In this document: positions 21,287 to 30,126 of the stretch, in pieces
Layout: the number at the start of each line of letters is the position of its first letter
Position numbering within the stretch: position 1 is the first letter of the stretch
Assembly: GCA_963735805.1 (NCBI GenBank)
Contig: CAVTMK010000003.1
Location: 352,001 to 416,000, forward strand
From: an uncultured Verrucomicrobiae bacterium
GTDB lineage: Bacteria > Verrucomicrobiota > Verrucomicrobiia > Chthoniobacterales > UBA10450
DNA length: 64,000 bases
Direction of reading: 5' to 3'
Made by a program: the position numbers and the translations under genes
Notes under the pieces: model-generated
Told to the model about the DNA's origin: nothing
Databases searched by the model: none
What the model saw: only the letters and a program-made list of their open reading frames with translations

Positions 21287-22528
21287 ATGTTATTCGGCGA
21301 AATAATCAAGATGGCGTGGTCATCGCTCGGGGCGAACAAGCTGCGTTCCGCACTGACTATGCTCGGTATCACCATCGGTGTTTTCTCGGTAATCTCGGTA
21401 ATGACTGCGATCGGCGCCTTGCAATACTCTGTCGAGAACGGCATTAGCTTTCTCGGTTCCAACATCTTTCAGTTTGCCAAATATCCGGCCAATGTCAGCG
21501 CGAGTGGCGACGCCCAGGAAAAGTTTCGCAACCGACACGACATCACCTATAAGCAGGCGCTGCATTATTACCGATTGATGGAAGGCGAGGCCCGCGAGAT
21601 CTGCCTCAAAAGTTTCGGTTACGAAGTGAAAGGCCAAGCAGTTTATGACGGCGTCAAGACAACGCCGAGTCTTCTCATCGTGGGAACCAATAAAAGTTTC
21701 CTCACCGCCAATGCTCACACGCTTGGTTATGGTCGCAATTTGAATGATGAAGACCTCGACCTTTCGCGGCGCGTGGTCGTCGTTGGAAAGATGATCGAGA
21801 AAAGACTGTTCCCGCACGAAACACCGATTGGCAAAGTCATTCGCGTAAGCGGACACACCTACACGATCGCTGGCGTGCTCGCAGAAAAAGGGACGGCATT
21901 CGGCCAAAGCCAGGACGACATCGTTCTGATGCCCATCACACGCTTTTTCGAGGATTTCGGCGAAGCGAAACGTACTGTAAACATCGCGACACAAGCGTTT
22001 ACGCAAGATACTTACAATCGTACGTTCGATCGAGCGATCGGTGCCATGCGGATCGCGCGCGGGCTGCGTCCGGACCAACCCAACGACTTCGAGATTTACA
22101 GCAATGACTCCCTGAAGAGCGCATTTACTAACGTGGCCGGCTATGTACGAGTGGGCGCGTTCGTTATAAGCCTTATCGCGCTCGTTGCCGCTGGAATCGG
22201 CATTATGAACATCATGCTGGTGAGTGTGAGCGAACGCACAAAGGAAATCGGTGTTCGCAAATCGATCGGTGCCCGTAGTCGCGATATCCTGCGGCAATTT
22301 TTAACCGAGGCTGTTTTCATTTCTGAGGCGGGCGGCATTCTTGGAATTATTCTCGGGATCATCGCCGGGGATTTGCTGGCCGCGTGGCTCAAAGTAGATG
22401 TTATCTTCCCTTATGGCTGGGCGATCGCTGGTTTGCTTGTCTGCTCCGCGATCGGCATCGGCTTTGGATTGTACCCTGCGTATCGCGCCGCCAATCTGGA
22501 TCCTATCGAAGCGCTAAGATACGAATAA
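21287..22528 (+). CDS. ABC transporter permease (MacB/FtsX type), second copy
   Basis: KLRSALTMLGITIG, GIMNIMLVSVSERTKEIGVRKSIGA and LDPIEALRYE. Start moved to MLFGE. Confidence 0.93.
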   Translation: MLFGEIIKMAWSSLGANKLRSALTMLGITIGVFSVISVMTAIGALQYSVENGISFLGSNIFQFAKYPANVSASGDAQEKFRNRHDITYKQALHYYRLMEGEAREICLKSFGYEVKGQAVYDGVKTTPSLLIVGTNKSFLTANAHTLGYGRNLNDEDLDLSRRVVVVGKMIEKRLFPHETPIGKVIRVSGHTYTIAGVLAEKGTAFGQSQDDIVLMPITRFFEDFGEAKRTVNIATQAFTQDTYNRTFDRAIGAMRIARGLRPDQPNDFEIYSNDSLKSAFTNVAGYVRVGAFVISLIALVAAGIGIMNIMLVSVSERTKEIGVRKSIGARSRDILRQFLTEAVFISEAGGILGIILGIIAGDLLAAWLKVDVIFPYGWAIAGLLVCSAIGIGFGLYPAYRAANLDPIEALRYE

Positions 22529-22691
22529 AACAGCTGTCACTTAAAGCGCTGTTTACCTTGGCTGCGGACCAATCGCTGAGATAAAGAGAAATGAAACTAT
22601 CGTTTGATCTCACCCAAGACTGCTCCTAAACAACTCTCAAGTTAGGCGAAACAGCGGTTTTGTCGAATCGTAGCTAGGTAACAAAACTGCG

Positions 22692-23576
22692 ATGAGCGAC
22701 GTAACTATGCTATTCAAATTGCTTCCAAAATTCTTCAAGCAAGCGATCAAACCGCGCATGCGTACAATGGCTAACAGTGGTTTATATGTTCAAAGTTTTC
22801 CTGGCGAAGACGCCTACTGTATAAAGCCAGGTAACCGGACAGCAAAGTTACCTGAGGGCGCAAAGTTGCCCATTCCTCCTCAAGGACTGTGGCTTGGATA
22901 CGGTCCTGATGCTCACGCCTACGTTTCGGGTGGGGAGCGCCACGTCACAGATATGATACGAATACTTGAGGAGAAGGGGTTTTCTGTCCGAGGCGCGAAA
23001 AGGATTCTAGAATTCGGCTGCGCTGCCGGCAGGATGATACGGCATCTGCCTGAAGTCGCCCCTAACGCCGAGTTGTGGGGCGTGGACATGCGCGCGCAAC
23101 ACATACGCTGGTGCGTTGAAAACCTCACGCCCGCAATTCACTTTGCTACGACGACTACGGTACCTCATCTTCCTTTTGAAGATCGATACTTCGACCTCAT
23201 CTTCTGCGGTTCTGTATTTACACATATTGAAGATATTCAGGAGTCGTGGCTCCTCGAGTTAGGACGCATCCTGCGTCCATCTGGAAGACTATATATTACA
23301 ATTCACGACGAAAATACCGTGAGGCTACTTGACACAGAATACCCAAATATTCGGCTAGCTAAACGCATGCGGGAGCAGCAGACCTACCGCTCCAATAAGA
23401 ATGATTTCGATATGATCGTTATCGGGAGGGGAGCCACATCGCAAGTGTTCTACAGTTCTACCTACTTCCAATTCATTATTCCTCCGATTTTCCGGTGGAT
23501 CTCAATTACTACTAAAGCCTACGGTTACCAATCAGCGGTGATTCTAGAAAAGCTAAGGACCGATTGCTTGACTTGA
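22692..23576 (+). CDS. Class I SAM-dependent methyltransferase
   Basis: ILEFGCAAGR, LWGVD, LPFEDRYFDLI, SVFTH and RILRPSG. Confidence 0.88.
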   Translation: MSDVTMLFKLLPKFFKQAIKPRMRTMANSGLYVQSFPGEDAYCIKPGNRTAKLPEGAKLPIPPQGLWLGYGPDAHAYVSGGERHVTDMIRILEEKGFSVRGAKRILEFGCAAGRMIRHLPEVAPNAELWGVDMRAQHIRWCVENLTPAIHFATTTTVPHLPFEDRYFDLIFCGSVFTHIEDIQESWLLELGRILRPSGRLYITIHDENTVRLLDTEYPNIRLAKRMREQQTYRSNKNDFDMIVIGRGATSQVFYSSTYFQFIIPPIFRWISITTKAYGYQSAVILEKLRTDCLT

Positions 23577-23608
23577 AACTCAATCCGCGGCGTTACGTAG
23601 AATTTATA

Positions 23609-24904
23609 CTAGTCAAGTCCCAAAGCCTTGAAGGTCGAATCGACGTGTTTGAAGTGAATGTCGAGCGAGCAAAGGCGATCGATCTCCGCTGGTGAAAGTT
23701 TCGCTACGATCTCTGGTTCGCGCTTTGCGTTTTCGGCGAATGTTCCCTCCCCTTTCCAGGTCTTCATCGCAGCGCGTTGCACCGCTTCGTACGCAGTTTT
23801 GCGGACCGCACCAGCGCTCGTGAGAGCGAGCAGGATCGATTGGCTGAAATAAAGACCCTTCGTTAAAGCGAGATTTTGCCCCATTCGGTCCGGATAAACC
23901 TGTAGCTTTTCGACAACATCACGCAATTTCGTCAGCATGTAGTCAAGCAGGATGCATGAGTCCGGCAGAATGATTCGCTCGGCGCTGGAATGGCTGATAT
24001 CGCGTTCGTGCCAGAGCGCTACATTTTCCAACGCCACCACGGCGTTCCCGCGAATAACACGCGCCAATCCGCTTAACCGCTCGTTGGTAATGGGATTGCG
24101 TTTGTGCGGCATCGCCGAGCTGCCTTTCTGGCCTTCACCAAAAAATTCTTCAACTTCAAGCACTTCAGTCCGCTGCAGATGACGAAATTCGGTCGCCCAG
24201 CGGTCGATGCTTGAGGCGATTACGGCCAGCATGGTCATGAATTCCGCGTGTCGATCCCGCTGCACGATCTGGGTAGAAAGGGTGGCGGGCTTCAGTCCAA
24301 GCTTCTGGCATACCGCTCGTTCAATCCTCGGATCGATATGCGCGTGCGTCCCGACTGCTCCGCTTATTTTGCCGACACGAATCCGCTCCCGCGTTTGTGT
24401 TAAACGTTCCTCCGCACGGCCGAATTCGTCATACATTAAAGCAAGCTTTAGGCCGAACGTGATTGGTTCGGCATGAATGCCATGGCTTCGCCCTATCATG
24501 GGCGTCATTTTGAACCGTCGCGCCTGTTGCGCGATTACTGCCCTCAACGTTTTTAGATCGGCAAACAGAATGTCACACGACTCGTTTAACTGTACGGCCA
24601 GCGTGGTATCCAAAATGTCCGACGACGTGAGCCCCTGGTGAATCCAGCGCGCTGCAGGCCCGACCGAGCCCGCGACGTTTTCGAGAAAAGCAATCACGTC
24701 GTGATTGGTGCGCTTTTCGATCTCGAGGATTTCTGGAATGGAAAAACGCGCGCGCTTCCGGATCTCCGCGGCATCTTCCGTGGGAATCTGGCCGAGCTTC
24801 GCCATCGCCTCGCAGGCGAGAACCTCAATATCCAGCCAAATCTGAAACTTGCGCTCGTCCGACCAGATTTTGCTCATCTCTGGCCGGGAATATCGATCGA
24901 TCAC
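23609..24904 (-). CDS. purB: Adenylosuccinate lyase
   Basis: MIDRYSRPEM, HQGLTSSD, GRSHGIHAEP and GSSAMPHKRNP. Confidence 0.97.
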   Translation of the reverse strand: MIDRYSRPEMSKIWSDERKFQIWLDIEVLACEAMAKLGQIPTEDAAEIRKRARFSIPEILEIEKRTNHDVIAFLENVAGSVGPAARWIHQGLTSSDILDTTLAVQLNESCDILFADLKTLRAVIAQQARRFKMTPMIGRSHGIHAEPITFGLKLALMYDEFGRAEERLTQTRERIRVGKISGAVGTHAHIDPRIERAVCQKLGLKPATLSTQIVQRDRHAEFMTMLAVIASSIDRWATEFRHLQRTEVLEVEEFFGEGQKGSSAMPHKRNPITNERLSGLARVIRGNAVVALENVALWHERDISHSSAERIILPDSCILLDYMLTKLRDVVEKLQVYPDRMGQNLALTKGLYFSQSILLALTSAGAVRKTAYEAVQRAAMKTWKGEGTFAENAKREPEIVAKLSPAEIDRLCSLDIHFKHVDSTFKALGLD

Positions 24905-24938
24905 TCGCGAAACATAAAGCAGCCGGCGTGACGGAAAA

Positions 24939-24998
24939 GCGTTTTGTTTTCAATAACTACCGGGACTTCCAGACGGTGAGCTTAGAAAACAAAAGCGC
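24939..24998. repeat. Imperfect inverted repeat / long hairpin upstream of purB
   Basis: GCGTTTTGTTTTC ... GAAAACAAAAGCGC, with an inner ACCG/CGGT pair. Confidence 0.55.
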
Positions 24999-25167
24999 TC
25001 CCAAAGCACCGTACTCCAAAAAGCAGCGACGTGGGGGCGTGAAAATTCCGGCAACTTCAAAATGCGGCGGTATTCCGTCGCTTTTCGCCGCAAGAAGCAG
25101 GCGAAAAAAAACGTTGCTCCGACTTTCATTTATCGGAGCGACCTCAGAAATGCTAACGATCCCTGAT

Positions 25168-25356
25168 TTAACAAACCCGGGCGCGCAAGAAGCGTCCATT
25201 GTCTTGCAGACGCACTTGACCGCTGGCGAAAAGGTCCGCGACGGTCGCAACCGTCTCTCTGTTATTGCTTGTACAGGAACTGACCGCCAGAATGAGGTCA
25301 CCGAGCGATAAACCCGAAAATTTTCGTGCCTTTAGTATTTGCCGATTTCTTTTCAT
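25168..25356 (-). CDS. Small hypothetical protein (62 aa)
   Basis: MKRNRQ...LSLGDLILAVSS...RETVATVADLFASGQVRL; sigma54-like promoter and AAGG just upstream of the ATG. Confidence 0.6.
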   Translation of the reverse strand: MKRNRQILKARKFSGLSLGDLILAVSSCTSNNRETVATVADLFASGQVRLQDNGRFLRARVC

Positions 25357-25377
25357 ACGATTGCCTTCATTTGAGGA

Positions 25378-25393
25378 AGCAATTTCAATACCA
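25378..25393 (-). promoter_or_regulatory. Candidate sigma54 (-24/-12) promoter
   Basis: Minus strand TGGTAT-TGAAA-TTGCT matches TGGYAY-N5-TTGCW with exact spacing, 21 nt upstream of the ATG at 25356. Confidence 0.65.
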
Positions 25394-25613
25394 TCTCCAG
25401 TTGTGAATATCTCATCCATATGCCCTATGCAGTTATTCATCTCTTATGCACTTTAGAACTGACCGTGTGCCGACACTTTTGTTCAATTTTAAAACACAAA
25501 ACCTTGTGGCGGTTCTCCCGGGCAGGGCTGCATTTAGTTAAAGCAAAGACGTTTCTCGGCCGTTCAGGGCGACACGACAATGTTGAATCGACCGCCGCCT
25601 CGTCCTTTATTAC

Positions 25614-26243
25614 TTAGGACGTACGCCGCCCTTCCGCCGTCAGCCGCATCACGACAAAATACAGAGCGCACAACACCAGTACGGCGGCAACGATCAGATG
25701 TGATTTCGCTTTCAAAGCGAGGGCCATCCCCGCCGGATCACGCAACATCTCTGGCGTGATTGCCGTCTGTCCAAACCAAGCCAGCACCCCGCACCAGATC
25801 GCCGAACCGAGAATCGTCATTACGCTAAAAGTCGTGAACCTCATGCGAATGATTCCCGCTGGGATAGAGATGAGATGTCGGATGACTGGCAGCATCCGTG
25901 CAAAAAAGATCCCGCCCGCCTCGTAACGACGCAGCCAATGCTCGGCTCGTGTTAATTTCGCTTCGCTGATCATGAAAAAGCGGCCCCATTTCACGATGAC
26001 GATGCGCCCCAGCCAAAGTGAAACCCAGTAAGTCACGCTTGCCCCCAGCCACGAACCAAACGTGCCCGCCGCGATAACTCCCCACACATTGAATCTTCCC
26101 TGTGTGGCAAGAAAAGCAGCCGGCGGAATGACGATTTCGCTTGGGACCGGAAAGATCGAACTTTCCATCGCCATGAGCAGGATGATGCCGGGATAACCCC
26201 ATTCCTGAACCCAGCCGAACCAGACTTGTAGAAGATGATGCAT
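25614..26243 (-). CDS. DedA family membrane protein
   Basis: MAMESSIFPVPSEIVIPPA and FARMLPVIRHLISIPAG. Start moved to MHHLL. Confidence 0.92.
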   Translation of the reverse strand: MHHLLQVWFGWVQEWGYPGIILLMAMESSIFPVPSEIVIPPAAFLATQGRFNVWGVIAAGTFGSWLGASVTYWVSLWLGRIVIVKWGRFFMISEAKLTRAEHWLRRYEAGGIFFARMLPVIRHLISIPAGIIRMRFTTFSVMTILGSAIWCGVLAWFGQTAITPEMLRDPAGMALALKAKSHLIVAAVLVLCALYFVVMRLTAEGRRTS

Positions 26244-26245
26244 AT

Positions 26246-26274
26246 TGTCATTCCGAGCGAAGTCGAGGATTCTC
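26246..26274 (+). repeat. Single REP-like unit of the TGTCATTCCGAGCGAAGTCGAGGA type
   Basis: Sequence TGTCATTCCGAGCGAAGTCGAGGATTCTC, recognised from memory as a widespread intergenic palindromic-repeat half; no partner half nearby. Confidence 0.6.
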
Positions 26275-26344
26275 TCGATGTCGAACCGCAATAAAGTTCG
26301 CCCTAGTTCAGTCTAAAAACGAAAATCTGCAATCCCAAATTGAG

Positions 26345-28099
26345 ATGTCGATCTACCGGCGCGTTCTCCGTTACTACCGACCGTTCCTCGGGCAAACGAT
26401 CTTTGGATTGTTTTTGTCTCTCGTCGGCGTTGGCCTCAACCTACTCAAGCCGTGGCCGTTTAAGTTGATCGTGGACGATTTCCTTCGTCCGGGTCCGGCT
26501 GCGCGCAGCGACTGGCGGTTGTGGATCCCGCTGCTCTGTCTGGGTCTGATTTTAATCCAGCTTTTTTGGGGAATGATGAATTGGGTAACAAACTATCTCT
26601 TTGTGAAAATCGGCCTGCAGGCGTTGCTTAAATTGCGCACAGATCTCTATTCATGCTTGCAATCTCTCTCGCTCAAATTTCACGATGCGCGCCGTTCGAG
26701 CGATTCCAGCTTCCGCGTCGCGTACGATTCGCAATCAATCCAGACAATCTACAACAAAGGGTTCACCAATATCTTTGCATCAGTGATCACGTTGATTGGA
26801 ACGTTCCTTATCATGCTACGCCTGGACTGGCAGCTAACCCTGGTCTCCCTGGCAATCGTGCCTCTGGTTGTCGGGGCGATTTACCTTTTCGCACATCGGA
26901 TTCGTCGTGAATCAACCTCCATCCAGGAACGGGAAAGCGCAGTTCTCGCGCAGGCGCAGGAAGGTCTGAGTTCGATTCGAATGGTCCACGCATTTGGACG
27001 GGAGGAATTCGAAGTCCTCCAATTCCAACAACAGGCCCGGCAAAGTTTACAAGCCAATCTGCGGCTCACTTTGACAAACATTAATAGCGCGTTGGTAATC
27101 AGCACACTGATGGTAGTTGGCACAGCCGCGATGTATTACATCGGGTCGGTGCACGTTCTTAACGGGACGCTCACGCTCGGATCGTTGCTAGTTTTCAGTG
27201 CCTATTTGTTAATGCTTTACCAGCCGCTTGAGTCTCTCACCTATACCACCTGGGCAATGGAAGGCGCTACCGCAGGCGCAAAACGATGTTTCGAAGTGCT
27301 CGACCGGGAGGATGATGTGCGCGATTCGCCGAATGCAGTTGCCATTTCGTCCGCCAAAGGCGCGATCGCATTTCAATCCGTGAACTTTGGTTACGCGGGT
27401 GATCGGCACGTCTTGCGTGACATCGATCTGCGCATTGAGCCAAATCAGATTGTCGGCCTTGTGGGTGGCACCGGCGCAGGCAAGAGCACGTTGATGAGTC
27501 TGGTGCCGCGCTTTTACGATCCTTCCACGGGTTTCGTTATGCTCGATGACCGTGACGTGCGGGAAATCACAAAAAAAAGTTTGCGGTCACAGATCGCGAT
27601 TGTCTTACAGGACACATTACTTTTCTCCACGACCGTACGAGAAAACATTGCTTACGGCCGACCCGATGCGACGGAAGAAGAAATTATCGAGGCCGCTCGT
27701 CGGGCGCAGGCAGACGAATTTATTCAGCAAATGCCTGATGGTTATGGGAGCACCGTGGGCGAACGAGGCGGACACTTAAGCGTCGGCCAGCGACAGCGCA
27801 TTGGTATCGCCCGCGCATTCTTAAAGAACGCGCCGGTCTTGCTACTGGACGAACCGACATCGGCTCTGGATCCCACGACTGAAGCGGCGATCATGGAAAC
27901 GATTCAGGAATTAATGCGCGGCCGCACGACTTTAATCGCGACGCATCGGCTGGCGACGATCCACGGTCTCGATCAAATCATTGTGCTAGAACACGGTCGC
28001 GTCGTCGAAAAAGGGCGTGGCCCGGAGCTGATCGCCCGCGGCGGGATTTACGCAAAACTATATGCCTCGGGGAAATTCCCGACGGAGGTAGCGCATTGA
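26345..28099 (+). CDS. ABC exporter, fused TMD+NBD (MsbA-like)
   Basis: Six-TM domain, GGTGAGKST, LSVGQRQR and LLDEPTSALD. Confidence 0.93.
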   Translation: MSIYRRVLRYYRPFLGQTIFGLFLSLVGVGLNLLKPWPFKLIVDDFLRPGPAARSDWRLWIPLLCLGLILIQLFWGMMNWVTNYLFVKIGLQALLKLRTDLYSCLQSLSLKFHDARRSSDSSFRVAYDSQSIQTIYNKGFTNIFASVITLIGTFLIMLRLDWQLTLVSLAIVPLVVGAIYLFAHRIRRESTSIQERESAVLAQAQEGLSSIRMVHAFGREEFEVLQFQQQARQSLQANLRLTLTNINSALVISTLMVVGTAAMYYIGSVHVLNGTLTLGSLLVFSAYLLMLYQPLESLTYTTWAMEGATAGAKRCFEVLDREDDVRDSPNAVAISSAKGAIAFQSVNFGYAGDRHVLRDIDLRIEPNQIVGLVGGTGAGKSTLMSLVPRFYDPSTGFVMLDDRDVREITKKSLRSQIAIVLQDTLLFSTTVRENIAYGRPDATEEEIIEAARRAQADEFIQQMPDGYGSTVGERGGHLSVGQRQRIGIARAFLKNAPVLLLDEPTSALDPTTEAAIMETIQELMRGRTTLIATHRLATIHGLDQIIVLEHGRVVEKGRGPELIARGGIYAKLYASGKFPTEVAH

Positions 28100-28686
28100 G
28101 CAACGTTAAAGAAGATCGTTACGTCGAAGGCGACTGGTGGCCGGATCCGATTCCGCCGAATGTCGACTTTAGCGAGGGATTCTATTGCGAGAGCGCGCAA
28201 ATCTTCCGTAAGCTTCGGAACAAAGAATCAGGCGCCGTCATTATCGGCAAGCATGTTTCGTGTTATGCAGGCTGTTCGTTTTCTGTCGGCATGAAGGGTC
28301 ATTGCAGAATTGGCGATTTCACGCTGCTCAACGGCGCGCTGATTATGGCCGATGAGAAGATCGAGATCGGCTCGTACTGTCTGGTTTCGTGGAACGTTGG
28401 CATCGCGGACTCCGATTTTCATCCACTCGAACCGGCTCAACGTCTCATTGACGCCCAAGCCCTGGCGCCCTATTTCAAAAATCGGCCCGCGCGTCCCAAA
28501 TTGAAGACTGCCCCTGTGAAAATCGGTAACAACGTCTGGATCGGTATGAATGCGGTGATTCTGAAAGGTGTGATAGTAGGCGAAAATTCGGTTATCGCAG
28601 CTGGATCCGTGGTCACCAAAAGCGTTGAGCCGAACACGGTGGTTGCCGGAAATCCGGCCGTGGTAGTAAAACGGTTTAAAGAATGA
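28096..28686 (+). CDS. Hexapeptide-repeat acyltransferase
   Basis: DSDFHP and VKIGNNVWIGMNAVILKGVIVGENSVIAAGSVV..VAGNPA. Confidence 0.9.
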   Translation: MSNVKEDRYVEGDWWPDPIPPNVDFSEGFYCESAQIFRKLRNKESGAVIIGKHVSCYAGCSFSVGMKGHCRIGDFTLLNGALIMADEKIEIGSYCLVSWNVGIADSDFHPLEPAQRLIDAQALAPYFKNRPARPKLKTAPVKIGNNVWIGMNAVILKGVIVGENSVIAAGSVVTKSVEPNTVVAGNPAVVVKRFKE

Positions 28687-28694
28687 TTCGTCTT

Positions 28695-28757
28695 AACGCC
28701 CACAGCTAAACGGCCAACTCCGAAACGCTTCGAGAACAGACAACTCAACGCTCAATG
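28695..28757 (+). repeat. Degenerate 7-bp tandem array (AACGCYC-like)
   Basis: AACGCCC ACAGCTA AACGGCC AACTCCG AAACGCT ... CAACTC AACGCTC. Confidence 0.45.
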
Positions 28758-28789
28758 CGGACAATTGCACATCGAATGTCGGAAGTTGG

Positions 28790-29983
28790 ATGGCGGACAT
28801 TTTCGCTTCGATGAAATCGAAGCGCATTGTGGTGATGGGCTTCATGGGTTCAATGCCCATCGCAGGCGTCATCTGGCAGCACATTCATTACATAGTGGGG
28901 CTGCAACGACTTGGTCACGACGTTTATTATATCGAAGATTCCGCCCGCATTCCATACAACCCGGAGACATTTGAAGTCACCAACGAATTCGATTACACGG
29001 GCAAACTCTTGAATCGACTATCCAGGGAATTCGAATTCAGAAATCGCTGGGCGTTTTGCGCACGGTATTTACCTGGGCACCCGACTGCCGGCCTGTCATT
29101 AAAGAAAATTCGACAACTCTATCGCGAAGCGGACGCCATCCTGAACATCTGCGGCACCCAAGAGTTTAACGACGACCTGCTCTCTTCGGATCGCATTCTC
29201 TATATCGAAAGCGATCCAGGCGTCGAACAAATCAAGATCGACAAAGGTGTGAAATCGACAAAACAATATCTGCGACGACATCATGCACTCTTCACCTTTG
29301 GTGAAAACATCGGCACGAAAAGCTTTCCGGTCCCCACGCACGGATTGAAATGGTTGTCTACGCGACAACCGGTGGTGACCGATTTTTGGCGAACAAGGGG
29401 CTCCCCTTCTCGTGTAGCGGTGTTCACCTCCGTAGCCAACTGGTCCACCAGCGGTTTGAAAGATATTTTGTGGCACGGCAAGAAATATCTCTGGAGCAAA
29501 TCGCGCGAGTTTCTTCGGTTCATCGAGGCGCCGAAGAAAGCACGCGAAACATTTGAACTGGCAACTAACATCGAGCACAGAACTACCCGCGCAAAATTTG
29601 AGCGAAACGGCTGGCGGCTCACCTCGCCCCTGCAAATGAGCGTCGATTACTGGCTATATCGAGATTACGTCCAACGCTCCAAAGGCGAGTTCACCGTCGC
29701 AAAGGACCAATACGTGCGGCTAAACACCGGCTGGTTTAGCGACAGGAGTGCGTGTTATCTGGCAGCAGGCCGACCAGTCATAATGCAGGAAACCGGCTTT
29801 ACCAAATTCTACGGCGGCGACGCAGGCCTCTTGTCTTTTCGAACCCTGGATGAAATTGTCGAAGCCGTGAATCGAATCAATGCCGATTACACAAAGCACT
29901 CCCGAGCTGCTTATGCCCTGGCTCGCGAAGTATTCGAGGCAAAAACAGTGACGAAATCGATTCTCGACCGAGCCGGAGTTTAA
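28790..29983 (+). CDS. Uncharacterised glycosyltransferase-like protein (GT-B-like)
   Basis: GLQRLGHDVYYIED near the N-terminus; C-terminal GWFSDRSACYLAAGRPVIMQETG. Start may be ATG 28811. Confidence 0.7.
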   Translation: MADIFASMKSKRIVVMGFMGSMPIAGVIWQHIHYIVGLQRLGHDVYYIEDSARIPYNPETFEVTNEFDYTGKLLNRLSREFEFRNRWAFCARYLPGHPTAGLSLKKIRQLYREADAILNICGTQEFNDDLLSSDRILYIESDPGVEQIKIDKGVKSTKQYLRRHHALFTFGENIGTKSFPVPTHGLKWLSTRQPVVTDFWRTRGSPSRVAVFTSVANWSTSGLKDILWHGKKYLWSKSREFLRFIEAPKKARETFELATNIEHRTTRAKFERNGWRLTSPLQMSVDYWLYRDYVQRSKGEFTVAKDQYVRLNTGWFSDRSACYLAAGRPVIMQETGFTKFYGGDAGLLSFRTLDEIVEAVNRINADYTKHSRAAYALAREVFEAKTVTKSILDRAGV

Positions 29984-30126
29984 ATAGTGTAAACTCTTTT
30001 TGTCCATCAGAGATTTGAACGTAGACAGCGCCTATCGTGTCTGTTGTGTCCGAAAAGGCCACTTGTTAATGTAAATCCGAATCTTGATTTTCGAGTACGC
30101 TATTTAAGTTTGCAGCCTTTTCGCCC

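Noticed and set aside
21320..22297. 325-aa antisense ORF (also 6484-7203, 55067-56038, 59103-59822 and similar)
   Set aside because: Shadow frames of well-supported genes, with no recognisable motifs
24928..25311. ORFs 24928-25311(+) and 24957-25301(-)
   Set aside because: No motifs, and they conflict with the better-supported 62-aa ORF that has a promoter and RBS-like leader
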